DNA of 20,000 nt, from IMG/VR virus record IMGVR_UViG_3300044608_001664. One strand, written 5' to 3'. The DNA is from an uncultured virus (IMG/VR IMGVR_UViG_3300044608_001664). Taxonomy: Duplodnaviria; Heunggongvirae; Uroviricota; Caudoviricetes; Schitoviridae. Under the pieces are notes generated by a model, which had not been told where the DNA came from, made no database searches, and saw only the letters and a list, made by a program, of their open reading frames with translations. The position numbers and the translations under genes are program-made. Shown here piece after piece: positions 1 through 8,588 of this stretch. The number at the start of each line of letters is the position of its first letter. Positions within the stretch are counted from its first letter, which is position 1.

Positions 1-318
1 GGCTTGCTCCTTTGGGTTACTTTCTTCATTACCCTTGGCTTCAATAGCCGCCGAACCTTCGGTGGAAGCATCAGCAGCGGGAGTTTGCTCCTCACTCTGA
101 TTCTCTTCGTTCTGTGCACTTTCGCCTGAGCTGCCAGCTCCATTCTGCTGACCTTCCGGTGCAGCTTCACCTTCCCAGGCTTGCGGGTTATCCGATTCCG
201 ATGCCTCTTGTTCCTGCTCTTGTTCAGGAGGGGTTTCAGCTTCCTGAGTGAACGTGCTCGGATCAAGAGCCAAAAGCTCCTCATCCGACATATCCAGGAT
301 ATTGCGTTCTTCAGCCAT
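1..318 (-). CDS. N4 gp57-like acidic virion morphogenesis protein (5' part; runs off window start)
   Basis: ATG at 318, just after the stop of the 321..662 ORF. Open frame MAEKNAILDMSDEELLALDPSTF... is very E/Q-rich. Position two genes downstream of the portal matches N4 synteny. Confidence 0.7.
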   Translation of the reverse strand, partial: MAEERNILDMSDEELLALDPSTFTQEAETPPEQEQEQEASESDNPQAWEGEAAPEGQQNGAGSSGESAQNEENQSEEQTPAADASTEGSAAIEAKGNEESNPKEQA

Positions 319-320
319 GA

Positions 321-662
321 TTACTTGACCTCTTCAGCCAGAATCTCATCACGGGTAGCTTCATCAGCTTCCACCGAACGACGGGCCATACCAACACGAG
401 TTTCGAGGGTATCCAGATAATCACGGAAACCACCCACAGCAATCATTTGCTTGTGAATGGAAGTTTGGATTTCCGGTGCCTGCATATTCGAATCGGAAAG
501 CAGATGCACAAGACGAATGGCTTCTTGTTCGAAATACCCTTCTTGAATGACTTTCTTGAAGTCACGGTTATTCTTCAGACGTTCCAAAGCAGAACCAAGA
601 TCCACAATCTTTTGGGCTTGTTTGATGTTGTTTTCCAGTTGGTGTAGTTCGTTAGTATTCAT
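321..662 (-). CDS. N4 gp58-like conserved protein
   Basis: 113 aa helical ORF (LERLKNNRDFKKVIQEGYF) directly downstream of the portal, as in N4-like phages. Confidence 0.75.
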   Translation of the reverse strand: MNTNELHQLENNIKQAQKIVDLGSALERLKNNRDFKKVIQEGYFEQEAIRLVHLLSDSNMQAPEIQTSIHKQMIAVGGFRDYLDTLETRVGMARRSVEADEATRDEILAEEVK

Positions 663-685
663 TTTCTATCAGTGCTCTCAAAGTT

Positions 686-713
686 AATAGAACGGGGGTT
701 GTGAAAACCCCCG
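686..713 (-). terminator. Putative intrinsic terminator/hairpin after portal
   Basis: 8 bp stem CGGGGGTT/AACCCCCG (693-713), followed on the minus strand by TTCTATT. Confidence 0.5.
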
Positions 714-726
714 CAATATAAATCAA

Positions 727-2892
727 TTATTCCCTTCTGTTCAATAGAAACTCTTTAATAATGTCTTTATTTTTTTCCTCTGATTTAAATTGATGATCAA
801 TCTTTTTCAATTTAGCCTGACTTTCAGCTTGCTGACTGATGCGCTGAAGCTCACGCTCTTGATGTACCCCAGATTCTTGTTCAACAAAATCTAGGTTCTT
901 CAAGTCAGTATCAGATTGCATCTGTGCTTGTTTGGCTTGCTCAGTAGATACCTTAGCAGTATCGAGATTCGCATTAGCTCGGTAATACGTTGCTTGAGCA
1001 ATTTCAGTATCCAGCTTGGCTTCAAGCAACCGTACTTCCAATTCTCGTTGCTTTTGTACCAAGGGATCGGGTTGAGGTTGATACGCCTCAATCCGTTTAG
1101 CCAGGTCAGGCATTTTACGAAGGCGTGCAATATCAGCCAGGATCATTTGAGACATACCTTGATCCATGTTATTACCCATGGTCTGCAGCATGAAAGAAAG
1201 CTCGCTGGCTTTGTTGTGGTCCTCTTCCGCTGTGGAGATGGATAGCTTCAAATCAAAGTTACCCGGAAGATCATCACGACGAATCTGCACGAATTCATCA
1301 TTGGTGATTCGAACCACTTCTACATCACTCAGGAACTCTGCATTCATTGCAATGATCTTGCGACCGATCTCAATGATGCCTGCCGAGAGGCGACGGAGAA
1401 TGCCAAGCTCCCGCTTAGACGAGGCATCAAGGGCACCACGCACACCGGCTGCAACATCTCCGAGTGCTTGGCCCGAAATACCTTGGCTAAACGACTTGAC
1501 GCCAGAAAGGGACTCCGCTTCCATGTTCTGCAGTTGCAGCATGAATTGAGCAGAGGCAGGGATTTCCGGATACGTGTGCATGTGGATACCTACACGGGGG
1601 TCCACATTCATATTGAATTCGTAATCCTGCCCTCTTTCAAACTTGCGTCGATTGGTGGCATCGAGCATGTCTTTTCTCATGCCGGTCTGCCCGTTGGCAG
1701 ACTTACCCATGATGTCAATCATGCCTCGGGTTACTGCACCGACAACTTTCTGGTTATCTTCCAGTAGTGCCCCATCAGGCTCACCGTAGGTAGACTTCCG
1801 TACCGGGAGGTATTGAGCCACGACAAAAGGAAGTTGCTTATCCGGGAAGGGGTTCTCTTCCATACGGATTAGCGTATCCCCTACCCAAGCTGCAACAATT
1901 GGGTGCAGGGTGCCATCACCATGGATATCCCAAAATCCCCAGTATTCCCGTACTACAAACTTCTTACGTGGTTTGTCGTTGAACTTGAAATTGTGCAGAT
2001 TATCTGCCGGGGTATGGTCAGGAGAAGCCAAAGGCGAGTTGCCTTCAATATTGATTCGCTCAATATTTTTGTACCGCTTATCCTTACGCAGATCGGCAGA
2101 ACAGGACTCGAAACTATAGATGGCAAATCGAGCCTTCTTGATATCTCCCATACAGCTAGGATCAATGAGCACATTCCGATAATCACATATTTCCAGAGTG
2201 GGTCGGTTGTGCACTACCTGCACAACATCCTGCATCTCATACCTAACGATGACCGGCTCAATAGGTTCCCCATGTTCCAGGGTCATCTCATGTGCCGTCT
2301 TCAGTTCATCTGGGATATCTGAAGCGTACTGGCTAGGAGACTCATTTTGGAGCTGATCCAGTTGCGCGTGTAATGGCCCTAGCGTTGGGTTGATTCGGTA
2401 TTCCACAACCGGCATACGCTTCTGGATTGTGGTTTCTTTGTAGTCCCACCCTACCCGAACAATGACCGTCCCTTCATCTACTGCAGTACGCACGTACTCA
2501 TCAATGAAAGCGGTCTTGTTCAGTTGGGTATTGAACTGATGATTCAAAACCAGTTGATTCTGGATTGCAGCTTCCCGGTCTTCCCAGGTTACTGGGGTAA
2601 CATTGAACACATCATCTGTGCTCAGAAATGGCTCACTCAAAGCAGGGTATCGCCATTCAGCTTGTTTACGAATTAGCTTAGGGACAATCTTGGAGTTTCC
2701 TGCCGGAACATCCACTTGTGCCTTGTTTCGAATAAACAGATTGTCCAGCCACAAACCGATTTTGGTTTTTTGAGAATCAAATGAGGGGCGTGCCTCATCG
2801 AAATCCCCTTTCAACGCTTCCAGTTTAGGGGCGTTTTTCCAGTTGGTTAGTGGCTTAACCTCTACTACTTCAACTTCATCAATTGATTCCAT
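727..2892 (-). CDS. Portal protein (N4 gp59-like)
   Basis: 721 aa; motifs PKLIRKQAEWRYPALSEPF, EYWGFWDI, ENPFPD, LEDNQK..GA..RG..D, characteristic of N4-like portals; lies in the packaging block. Confidence 0.93.
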   Translation of the reverse strand: MESIDEVEVVEVKPLTNWKNAPKLEALKGDFDEARPSFDSQKTKIGLWLDNLFIRNKAQVDVPAGNSKIVPKLIRKQAEWRYPALSEPFLSTDDVFNVTPVTWEDREAAIQNQLVLNHQFNTQLNKTAFIDEYVRTAVDEGTVIVRVGWDYKETTIQKRMPVVEYRINPTLGPLHAQLDQLQNESPSQYASDIPDELKTAHEMTLEHGEPIEPVIVRYEMQDVVQVVHNRPTLEICDYRNVLIDPSCMGDIKKARFAIYSFESCSADLRKDKRYKNIERINIEGNSPLASPDHTPADNLHNFKFNDKPRKKFVVREYWGFWDIHGDGTLHPIVAAWVGDTLIRMEENPFPDKQLPFVVAQYLPVRKSTYGEPDGALLEDNQKVVGAVTRGMIDIMGKSANGQTGMRKDMLDATNRRKFERGQDYEFNMNVDPRVGIHMHTYPEIPASAQFMLQLQNMEAESLSGVKSFSQGISGQALGDVAAGVRGALDASSKRELGILRRLSAGIIEIGRKIIAMNAEFLSDVEVVRITNDEFVQIRRDDLPGNFDLKLSISTAEEDHNKASELSFMLQTMGNNMDQGMSQMILADIARLRKMPDLAKRIEAYQPQPDPLVQKQRELEVRLLEAKLDTEIAQATYYRANANLDTAKVSTEQAKQAQMQSDTDLKNLDFVEQESGVHQERELQRISQQAESQAKLKKIDHQFKSEEKNKDIIKEFLLNRRE

Positions 2893-2953
2893 TCAAAATC
2901 CTTTGTGTGGATACAATACTACTTTCTTACTTCAACTTAATCAGGAGTTACCT

Positions 2954-3376
2954 ATGCGTATTAAATCTCTTCACCCGAATTTCAAGATGCCTGCCAAATC
3001 AACCAAGGGTGCCGGTGCTTTCGACATTTACATGCCGACATCCGGTATTGCCTTTGGTGACAGCCCCACTGTAGTACCTCTCGGCTTTGCTGCTGAAGTC
3101 CCTGAAAATCATGTTGCCTTGATTTTCCCTCGCTCTGGTGTAGGTGCTAATCAAGGTGTTGAGTTGAATAATACCTGTGGTGTTATCGATTCAGATTTCC
3201 GTGGTGAATGGAAAGCGTTTATTCGAACTAAAAGTGGCAATCATTTTAGCTGGAATTCTGGCGATCGAGTTCTTCAGTTTTTAATTGTCCCGGTAGCTGA
3301 TGTTGAATTGGAGTTGGTAGATTATTTAAATGAGACTGAGCGCGACTCTAGAGGCTTCGGTTCTTCCGGTAAATAA
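2954..3376 (+). CDS. dut: Trimeric dUTPase
   Basis: Motifs AGAFDI, PRSG, GVIDSDFRGE, GDRVLQ and C-terminal RDSRGFGSSG. RBS AGGAG precedes ATG 2954; the ORF-track start at 2843 overlaps the portal and is unlikely. Confidence 0.95.
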   Translation: MRIKSLHPNFKMPAKSTKGAGAFDIYMPTSGIAFGDSPTVVPLGFAAEVPENHVALIFPRSGVGANQGVELNNTCGVIDSDFRGEWKAFIRTKSGNHFSWNSGDRVLQFLIVPVADVELELVDYLNETERDSRGFGSSGK

Positions 3377-3388
3377 CAAGGACAAAAG

Positions 3389-3414
3389 AAAAGCCCCCAG
3401 TTACGGGGGCTTTT
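3389..3414. terminator. Bidirectional intrinsic terminator
   Basis: AAAAGCCCCC-AGTTAC-GGGGGCTTTT between the convergent dUTPase and 3433..4104 genes. Confidence 0.85.
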
Positions 3415-3432
3415 AATTGGGGATGATTTTCG

Positions 3433-4104
3433 TTACACCCACCCATTTGCGTGCAACCGGGTGTGCTCGTGATTCTCGGGATCTAGTTCCATCCCGGATT
3501 CTTTCAATCGCAGACACTCAGCCTCGTACTTCGCTGCCCAGTTATTACCAGCGTTGAATTCATTGACCATCCCAATAGGGGTATGTGCACGTGACGCAAC
3601 GAAGTACAGCAAGGCTTCCAGATGACTATAGGGAAGCTCCAGCTCCACAGCATCAGGATCAAATGGTTCGGTGTACACCAACTGAGGGTGGTTAGCTCGG
3701 TACACCGCGACAATCCCATTAGTCTTCAGGCTCTCAGGGAGTTCCTGGCTTTTAGCCGCAATAGCCTGTGGTACACGAAGAGTATCCATGCTGACCATGA
3801 AGCAACTGTAAGGGTCAGAGTAATCATTCAAGCCCAGATCAGCATCTTCTGCCGTGGTTACTCGTTCAACCTTGTGGAGGTCAGTGACTTGTAGCTTGTA
3901 CAACGTACTCCCCTCAACAAGAGGAATAGTTGCTCGTCCTTCCTTGAGATTGAATCGCTTGTACAACGCAGTCAATCCTAACGAAACATGGGAAACAAGC
4001 GCAGGGTAATTGGCTGCGTCTAATTCCCCATTCGTATGTGCACCAAGCGCCAACTGGGAGAATTCTCCATAAGCCAGTTGAGTAAATACTTCTGATAATT
4101 TCAT
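3433..4104 (-). CDS. N4 gp67-like virion protein (probable head-tail adaptor)
   Basis: 223 aa directly downstream of terminase. N-terminal L.YGE.SQL, GLTALYKRF.L and C-terminal ALLYFVASR...KYEAEC..L, ..NGWV pattern. Confidence 0.75.
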   Translation of the reverse strand: MKLSEVFTQLAYGEFSQLALGAHTNGELDAANYPALVSHVSLGLTALYKRFNLKEGRATIPLVEGSTLYKLQVTDLHKVERVTTAEDADLGLNDYSDPYSCFMVSMDTLRVPQAIAAKSQELPESLKTNGIVAVYRANHPQLVYTEPFDPDAVELELPYSHLEALLYFVASRAHTPIGMVNEFNAGNNWAAKYEAECLRLKESGMELDPENHEHTRLHANGWV

Positions 4105-4113
4105 ACTGTTTCC

Positions 4114-5724
4114 TTAAACGATATAAGAAGCCATACGGTCAACTGCTTCATTAGGAGAGTCGATATCCCACATCCCATCTTGGGATGACGATTCACGTAG
4201 GGGCGATTCCTCCGATGGTTTCCATGGGGTTAAGGATGACAACATAGAGATTGTATCTGCAAAGTCATCATGCTTACTCTTGAATCCCCCCGGTGTAACC
4301 AAGCTCAATTCAGTGACAGCTTCAGCCAATTCAGGGGAGGTCTTCTTTTCAATCGGGAAAAAGACCTTCCGTGCTTTGAACAAAGGAACCACGGTATTGA
4401 AGCGAACCAGCTTGTTGGTATTTGGACGGATACCTGGCTTGGACTCATTACCATCTGAAGCCAAGGGGAAATAGATATTGCGATTCATCATCTCCCCCAT
4501 GATCCAAGGAATGAATCCACCCTGCTGTCCAGATACCTCGATACCTACTTGCTGGGGGCGGTACATCTGAGCCAGCCTAAACAGGTCATCCACAGTTTTA
4601 TCCATGAGCTGCCGCTTACAGATTCCGTCCACCCACAACCAATCACCCACATTGTTATAGGCCCAGACGCTGATTACTGAGAAGTCAGACTTCTGTTTCT
4701 CCGAGGTTGCAAAGTCGGTGGTGATATAAAAGTTGAATCGTCCCTTGTTACGGATCACCGCATCAATCTTGTACCACGCGATATCGTGATCTTGGATCAT
4801 CCGATCTTCATCGGACATAATCCGGAGCATCAATTCCTGGTTGAAGGTGTCCACCTTCCCCAGCTTCACAGCGTTGTCGTACTGCTCCTTCACATAGTCA
4901 TAGGTGAATCGATCTGGCCAGCTACCCCGGAACTCCTCACGAGTACAGGGAAACTGCTCACACACCGGGAATACGTTGACACTCCAAGCTCCAGATTCCA
5001 CTGCCTTGTACAGAGGATCTTTCGCATTGAAAGGCGTACCCGACCAAATGATCATGTTCTTGGTGGGGTGCAGTGCGTAGTTCACTGCCTTGTACACCGT
5101 GTCCTCTACCGCAGCAATCACGGTAGCCGAGCGTGCATCCTCGTCGCTAATCAGGTCATCGAGCACCGCCAATTGAGGGCGCTTACCCATTTCCTTGGCA
5201 CCACGAACACCTGTCTTGGCACCATACCCTTTGACGATGAACACCTTTCCATCGGCGTTCTCAAACTCCCATCTGATATCCGTGAAGTGAATCCGGGGGA
5301 TGTACTGCTTCAGGAAATCAGAGTTCTCCCATCGAAACTCCAGGTTCTTCCGCATGTTCTTGACGCCATTCTCGATGGAGTCTGAAACATACAAAGCCAG
5401 GTCAACCCGACCGAAGCCAGGAAGCTCACCATACGTAGCGATGTAAAGGAACAGGTATTCCCCCATCACAGTGGTTTTAGCGATACCCCGGTGGCACAGA
5501 TTGAGAATGCGTCGGCCACCATCAGTGATGGTATCCAACATGAAATAGTGAACCAGGGGAGTCTTATGCTCCTCGCCCGAGGAACCATTCACCAACTTGA
5601 TGAAGGTCACAAACTCCAGAGCAAAGTCGCTTGGAACATAGTTCACCGGGATTCGGTAGTCTGCGTGGTTAAGGTAATCCTCTACCTTCCATGGCATCCC
5701 GTCAGGATGTAACTTACGGGACAT
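4114..5724 (-). CDS. terL: Terminase large subunit (N4 gp68-like)
   Basis: 536 aa; variant Walker A CHRGIAKT, Walker B LAVLDD, coupling motif SGTP, RNase H-like nuclease residues TTDFA and HDDFAD. Confidence 0.95.
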   Translation of the reverse strand: MSRKLHPDGMPWKVEDYLNHADYRIPVNYVPSDFALEFVTFIKLVNGSSGEEHKTPLVHYFMLDTITDGGRRILNLCHRGIAKTTVMGEYLFLYIATYGELPGFGRVDLALYVSDSIENGVKNMRKNLEFRWENSDFLKQYIPRIHFTDIRWEFENADGKVFIVKGYGAKTGVRGAKEMGKRPQLAVLDDLISDEDARSATVIAAVEDTVYKAVNYALHPTKNMIIWSGTPFNAKDPLYKAVESGAWSVNVFPVCEQFPCTREEFRGSWPDRFTYDYVKEQYDNAVKLGKVDTFNQELMLRIMSDEDRMIQDHDIAWYKIDAVIRNKGRFNFYITTDFATSEKQKSDFSVISVWAYNNVGDWLWVDGICKRQLMDKTVDDLFRLAQMYRPQQVGIEVSGQQGGFIPWIMGEMMNRNIYFPLASDGNESKPGIRPNTNKLVRFNTVVPLFKARKVFFPIEKKTSPELAEAVTELSLVTPGGFKSKHDDFADTISMLSSLTPWKPSEESPLRESSSQDGMWDIDSPNEAVDRMASYIV

Positions 5725-5882
5725 CAGTTCACCGAAGCCAGGATTACACGGACATCCGGAATCTCATCCCGAACCAAGGCCATCACCTGCTCATAGTTCT
5801 GCACCGATTCATGTTGAATGCGGAACAGCTTGGCCACGCCTTCCTTGTCCCGGACTGCTACTACGAAACGGGGCGTACTCAT
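5724..5882 (-). CDS. Small hypothetical protein (52 aa, MSTPRFVVAVRDKEG...ILASVN)
   Basis: Below the ORF-track cutoff; translated by hand. Fills the gap exactly, with an ATGA overlap to the upstream gene and a TGATG overlap to terL. Confidence 0.75.
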   Translation of the reverse strand: MSTPRFVVAVRDKEGVAKLFRIQHESVQNYEQVMALVRDEIPDVRVILASVN

Positions 5883-6229
5883 TGCGCCCCCTCAATCACG
5901 AACCAGTCTTCAGCCAGCATATCGGCTTGCGAAGCCAGCCAACCCATCTGGATATCCCCTGCTGCCGTCTTCATCGTGATGCACGGGAGTACGTTGGCCG
6001 AACCATCAATGGTTTGGGCAGCATACTCAGCATTCCTCTTGCTCCAGAAGGCAGACGATGGGATTCGCTTACCACCCATGGGTCCAGACAAAGCCAGCCA
6101 CATACCCTGGCCATACCATCCTTCCCGAGCAACTCGGTGACCATCCTTCAAGGCATGGAGTGCCTCACCAAAATCCAAGCCAACAGAATTACATCCCGCT
6201 ACCTGCACAGCATCATTCACTTGGTTCAT
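5879..6229 (-). CDS. DUF2829-family protein (Tad2-like, putative anti-Thoeris signal sponge)
   Basis: Signature FGEAL.ALK.G.RVAR.GW.G.GMWL ... GWLASQ.DMLAEDW; ATGA overlap with the upstream gene. Confidence 0.85.
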   Translation of the reverse strand: MNQVNDAVQVAGCNSVGLDFGEALHALKDGHRVAREGWYGQGMWLALSGPMGGKRIPSSAFWSKRNAEYAAQTIDGSANVLPCITMKTAAGDIQMGWLASQADMLAEDWFVIEGAQ

Positions 6230-6921
6230 TCAACAACCTCCGCAGTACCTTCAATAATCAATTTCCCATGGGCAACTTCCTGAGCGTTCATTGCCCCACT
6301 TTCCAACATCAACCGTTGCTGACGAGCCAGTTCCATCGTCGTAGTCCTCAACGCGGCGATAGATGAATCCTCCTTCACCCCGATATCAAGCTCGACCTTC
6401 TTCACCTCGGGAGCCTTCAACTGGGTCAACAGGGAATTGGCAGCGTCACACCGCACCTTCTCGCTCTTGGCATTCACCATCAGATCGGCCTGCACATTCA
6501 GCGCCCTCTGATAGAGATCCTGGTTCAACACATGGCTGGGGATCAGCGTCTGTTCGAAGATCAGATTGACCAGCTTGGATTTGTTGTACGCAGTGACGTA
6601 GGAAGCAATGTCCTTGGCTTGAATACCCTGTTGAACAAACCGCTGATACTTATCGGGGAATGTCTTGGTATATGCCTCGATATTGGTACAGCCCATCAGT
6701 TTGAAACTGACATAACGTACCGCATCAATATAACTAGATACCTTGAACTTCCCATCAGCCATTACCTTTGTATAGCTGATCAGGTTATCCCGGTAATTCT
6801 CAAACATCTCTGGATCAGAGAGCGTGTTGTTAATCTGGTCAATCAACTCCTGGTTGATAGACTTCTTTACCTTATCGGGTAAAGCCAACTTGAATTGTTC
6901 AAGTGTCAGCATATAAATCAC
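6226..6921 (-). CDS. N4 gp69-like protein (possible terminase small subunit)
   Basis: Last gene before the genome end, upstream of terL; motifs Y.DAV.YVS.KLMG, AY.KTFP..Y, SEKVR.DAA. The start may be ATG 6912 rather than GTG 6921. Confidence 0.75.
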   Translation of the reverse strand: MIYMLTLEQFKLALPDKVKKSINQELIDQINNTLSDPEMFENYRDNLISYTKVMADGKFKVSSYIDAVRYVSFKLMGCTNIEAYTKTFPDKYQRFVQQGIQAKDIASYVTAYNKSKLVNLIFEQTLIPSHVLNQDLYQRALNVQADLMVNAKSEKVRCDAANSLLTQLKAPEVKKVELDIGVKEDSSIAALRTTTMELARQQRLMLESGAMNAQEVAHGKLIIEGTAEVVE

Positions 6922-7220
6922 TAATCATGGTTACTGTATCGGATGTATATAGTATCCAATTACTAATTTAAAGGGAAATTAGTATTGATTAGTAAATCAA
7001 ACCCGAAGGGTATTAGAAAAATATTGCCTAAAAAATAGGCGAAGGGTTATGGGGAAATTTATAAAATGGGTACGGTAGTAGCGAGATATTGACCCTCGCC
7101 TTTTGGCAATTTTTTCAAAATGGGTACGGTGTCAGGGTACTGACAGACCACGTTCAAAAACAAAACACCCCCCCCCCTCCTTAATAAAAAATATTTCTGG
7201 GGCACCCTACCCCTTATATG
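6922..7220. other. Non-coding genome-end junction / probable collapsed terminal-repeat region
   Basis: Strand switch between the packaging block and the first early promoter. AT-rich, with short repeats and a C10 tract (7168-7177). N4-like genomes end after gp69 and start before the first hairpin promoter. Confidence 0.6.
7063..7130 (+). repeat. 14 bp direct repeat AAAATGGGTACGGT x2
   Basis: Exact copies at 7063-7076 and 7117-7130. Confidence 0.85.
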
Positions 7221-7241
7221 GCGCTCCGCGCATGGTCTGGA
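7221..7241 (+). promoter_or_regulatory. Virion RNAP hairpin promoter P1
   Basis: GCGC-TCC-GCGC-ATGGTC-TGGA. The template strand forms a hairpin with a C-GGA-G loop, like N4 vRNAP promoters, and lies upstream of the first early gene. Confidence 0.85.
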
Positions 7242-7276
7242 TATCCATCCCTTATTCAACCTATAGGAGTAACACC

Positions 7277-7492
7277 ATGTTCGCAATGTTCAAGCAACTG
7301 TTCATCGCTATCACCACCTACTTCACTGCACTGGAGAAGACGGCCAAGGCTGTCAACCATCTCGCTGATTGGGCAGAAGAAACCTCAGCAGCATTCGCAG
7401 ATGAAGCACGCATCGAACGCCAAAAGAAACTGGCCCTACTCAAGGCCGATCTGAAAGCAGTCGAAGCAAAGCAGCCCAAAGCAGTAGCGTAA
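7277..7492 (+). CDS. First early protein (71 aa, coiled-coil)
   Basis: RBS AGGAG before ATG 7277; bounded by P1 and a terminator. Confidence 0.85.
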   Translation: MFAMFKQLFIAITTYFTALEKTAKAVNHLADWAEETSAAFADEARIERQKKLALLKADLKAVEAKQPKAVA

Positions 7493-7494
7493 CA

Positions 7495-7528
7495 AGGAGG
7501 GACTCTTCGGAGTCCTTCCTATTCTTTT
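7495..7528 (+). terminator. Intrinsic terminator with UUCG loop
   Basis: AGGAGGGACTC-TTCG-GAGTCCTTCCT followed by ATTCTTTT. Confidence 0.85.
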
Positions 7529-7635
7529 ACACACAACAACTACACACATACACACTCCAGAGATAGTCCATCCAATAGGGATATCTCCATCTACTGAATC
7601 TCCTCCATTACTCCACAGTATTAACCTCAGTTGAA

Positions 7636-7656
7636 TCGCTCCGCGAATGGTGTGGA
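7636..7656 (+). promoter_or_regulatory. Virion RNAP hairpin promoter P2
   Basis: TCGC-TCC-GCGA-ATGGTG-TGGA; compensatory outer base pair relative to P1. Confidence 0.8.
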
Positions 7657-7821
7657 TAACCAATCAATTGATCTTAATTAATTGAAGGGTTATGGGAGAG
7701 ATAGTTTAAATAGGAGTCAACTCAGAATTACTTGAGGTTACTTGATATCTCAATCATCCCTTTCCCTATCATTTCCTCATTCCGATACTCACCCGATAAC
7801 CTATTCAATCAGGAGCATTCA

Positions 7822-7968
7822 ATGGATGATCTATTCAAGTTTGTCAGTGCAATAGTTGTAGGTATCTGGTTAGGACTTCTCCTATTCACCTTCGATTACA
7901 ACCTACCTGATTGGTGTGCTCATCCTGCACGCCCAGGTAACAACCTCATTCAACCATTCTGTCGTTAA
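7822..7968 (+). CDS. Small membrane protein (48 aa)
   Basis: RBS AGGAG, ATG 7822, one hydrophobic segment FVSAIVVGIWLGLLLFTF. Confidence 0.7.
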   Translation: MDDLFKFVSAIVVGIWLGLLLFTFDYNLPDWCAHPARPGNNLIQPFCR

Positions 7969-7978
7969 GGAGTTTCAA

Positions 7979-8137
7979 ATGCCTATCACTCTGCTCAACC
8001 TGTACGTTGAATTCATCGAAGGTTCTACGCTTCGTCATCAAGACTTGGTTGAACCTATTCGTGCCCATGCTGCTACCTTGGGTGTCTCTGCATCTGTGGT
8101 GCTGACTAACCTCCAGTCCATGTATTTCTATCTCTAG
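7979..8137 (+). CDS. Small hypothetical protein (52 aa)
   Basis: RBS AAGGAG, ATG 7979 (MPITLLNLYVEF...). Confidence 0.75.
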   Translation: MPITLLNLYVEFIEGSTLRHQDLVEPIRAHAATLGVSASVVLTNLQSMYFYL

Positions 8138-8145
8138 GAATCATC

Positions 8146-8286
8146 ATGAAAGTCATCTCTTTCTGTTTCTGCAAGGACTGTGATGGCCATGTTGGTCTGG
8201 TCAAGTCCTTTGCCAAGGGATACCTCACTGTCCTCTTCGATGATGGACAGCGGGATGTCCGTCCTACTGATGTCACCTTCCTCTAA
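8146..8286 (+). CDS. Small hypothetical protein (46 aa, MKVISFCFCKDCDGHVG...VTFL)
   Basis: Hand-translated; AGGA RBS; tiles between neighbouring ORFs. Confidence 0.65.
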   Translation: MKVISFCFCKDCDGHVGLVKSFAKGYLTVLFDDGQRDVRPTDVTFL

Positions 8287-8290
8287 CCCC

Positions 8291-8440
8291 ATGTTCTCCC
8301 CCAATCGGAACTGGCATCGCCTGATCCCATCTGCTCAAGGATTGGAACGTGAGTACATCGAAGCCTCTGCTGAGAATCACTTCTCTAGCAGGGCTTCATG
8401 GAATTCACTCACCTCCGAACTCTGGCAGTTCACTCACTAA
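8291..8440 (+). CDS. Small hypothetical protein (49 aa)
   Basis: ATG 8291 is 4 nt after the previous stop and tiles the operon; weak RBS. Confidence 0.55.
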   Translation: MFSPNRNWHRLIPSAQGLEREYIEASAENHFSSRASWNSLTSELWQFTH

Positions 8441-8450
8441 AGGAATACTC

Positions 8451-8585
8451 ATGCCCTACGTCATCCCCGCAGATCAGCTTAATCGTGCTTACCGTATTGC
8501 GTGTGGTCGTGCTCGCTTGGATAGCCTTGGAGATATTACCCCGTGTGATTTCTCCAATATGTACGATGGCTGTGCCTTCGAGTAA
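8451..8585 (+). CDS. Small hypothetical protein (44 aa)
   Basis: RBS AAGGA, ATG 8451 (MPYVIPADQLNRAY...). Confidence 0.65.
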   Translation: MPYVIPADQLNRAYRIACGRARLDSLGDITPCDFSNMYDGCAFE

Positions 8586-8588
8586 TCA

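Noticed and set aside
727..830. AT-rich portal 3' end as a fourth gene-end replacement
   Set aside because: The composition shift is visible, but no adjacent endonuclease or duplicated fragment was found.
4786..5385. 199 aa plus-strand ORF (and similar shadow ORFs at 13251-13883, 14169-14672, 19181-19750)
   Set aside because: Antisense to well-supported genes, with no RBS or recognisable motifs.
7001..7011. Minus-strand vRNAP promoter (ACCC-TTC-GGGT)
   Set aside because: The hairpin fits, but the downstream ATG-NNN-TGG shared by P1-P4 is absent.
7103..7276. N-terminal extension of the first early gene
   Set aside because: It would run through promoter P1 and the C tract; the clear RBS is at ATG 7277.
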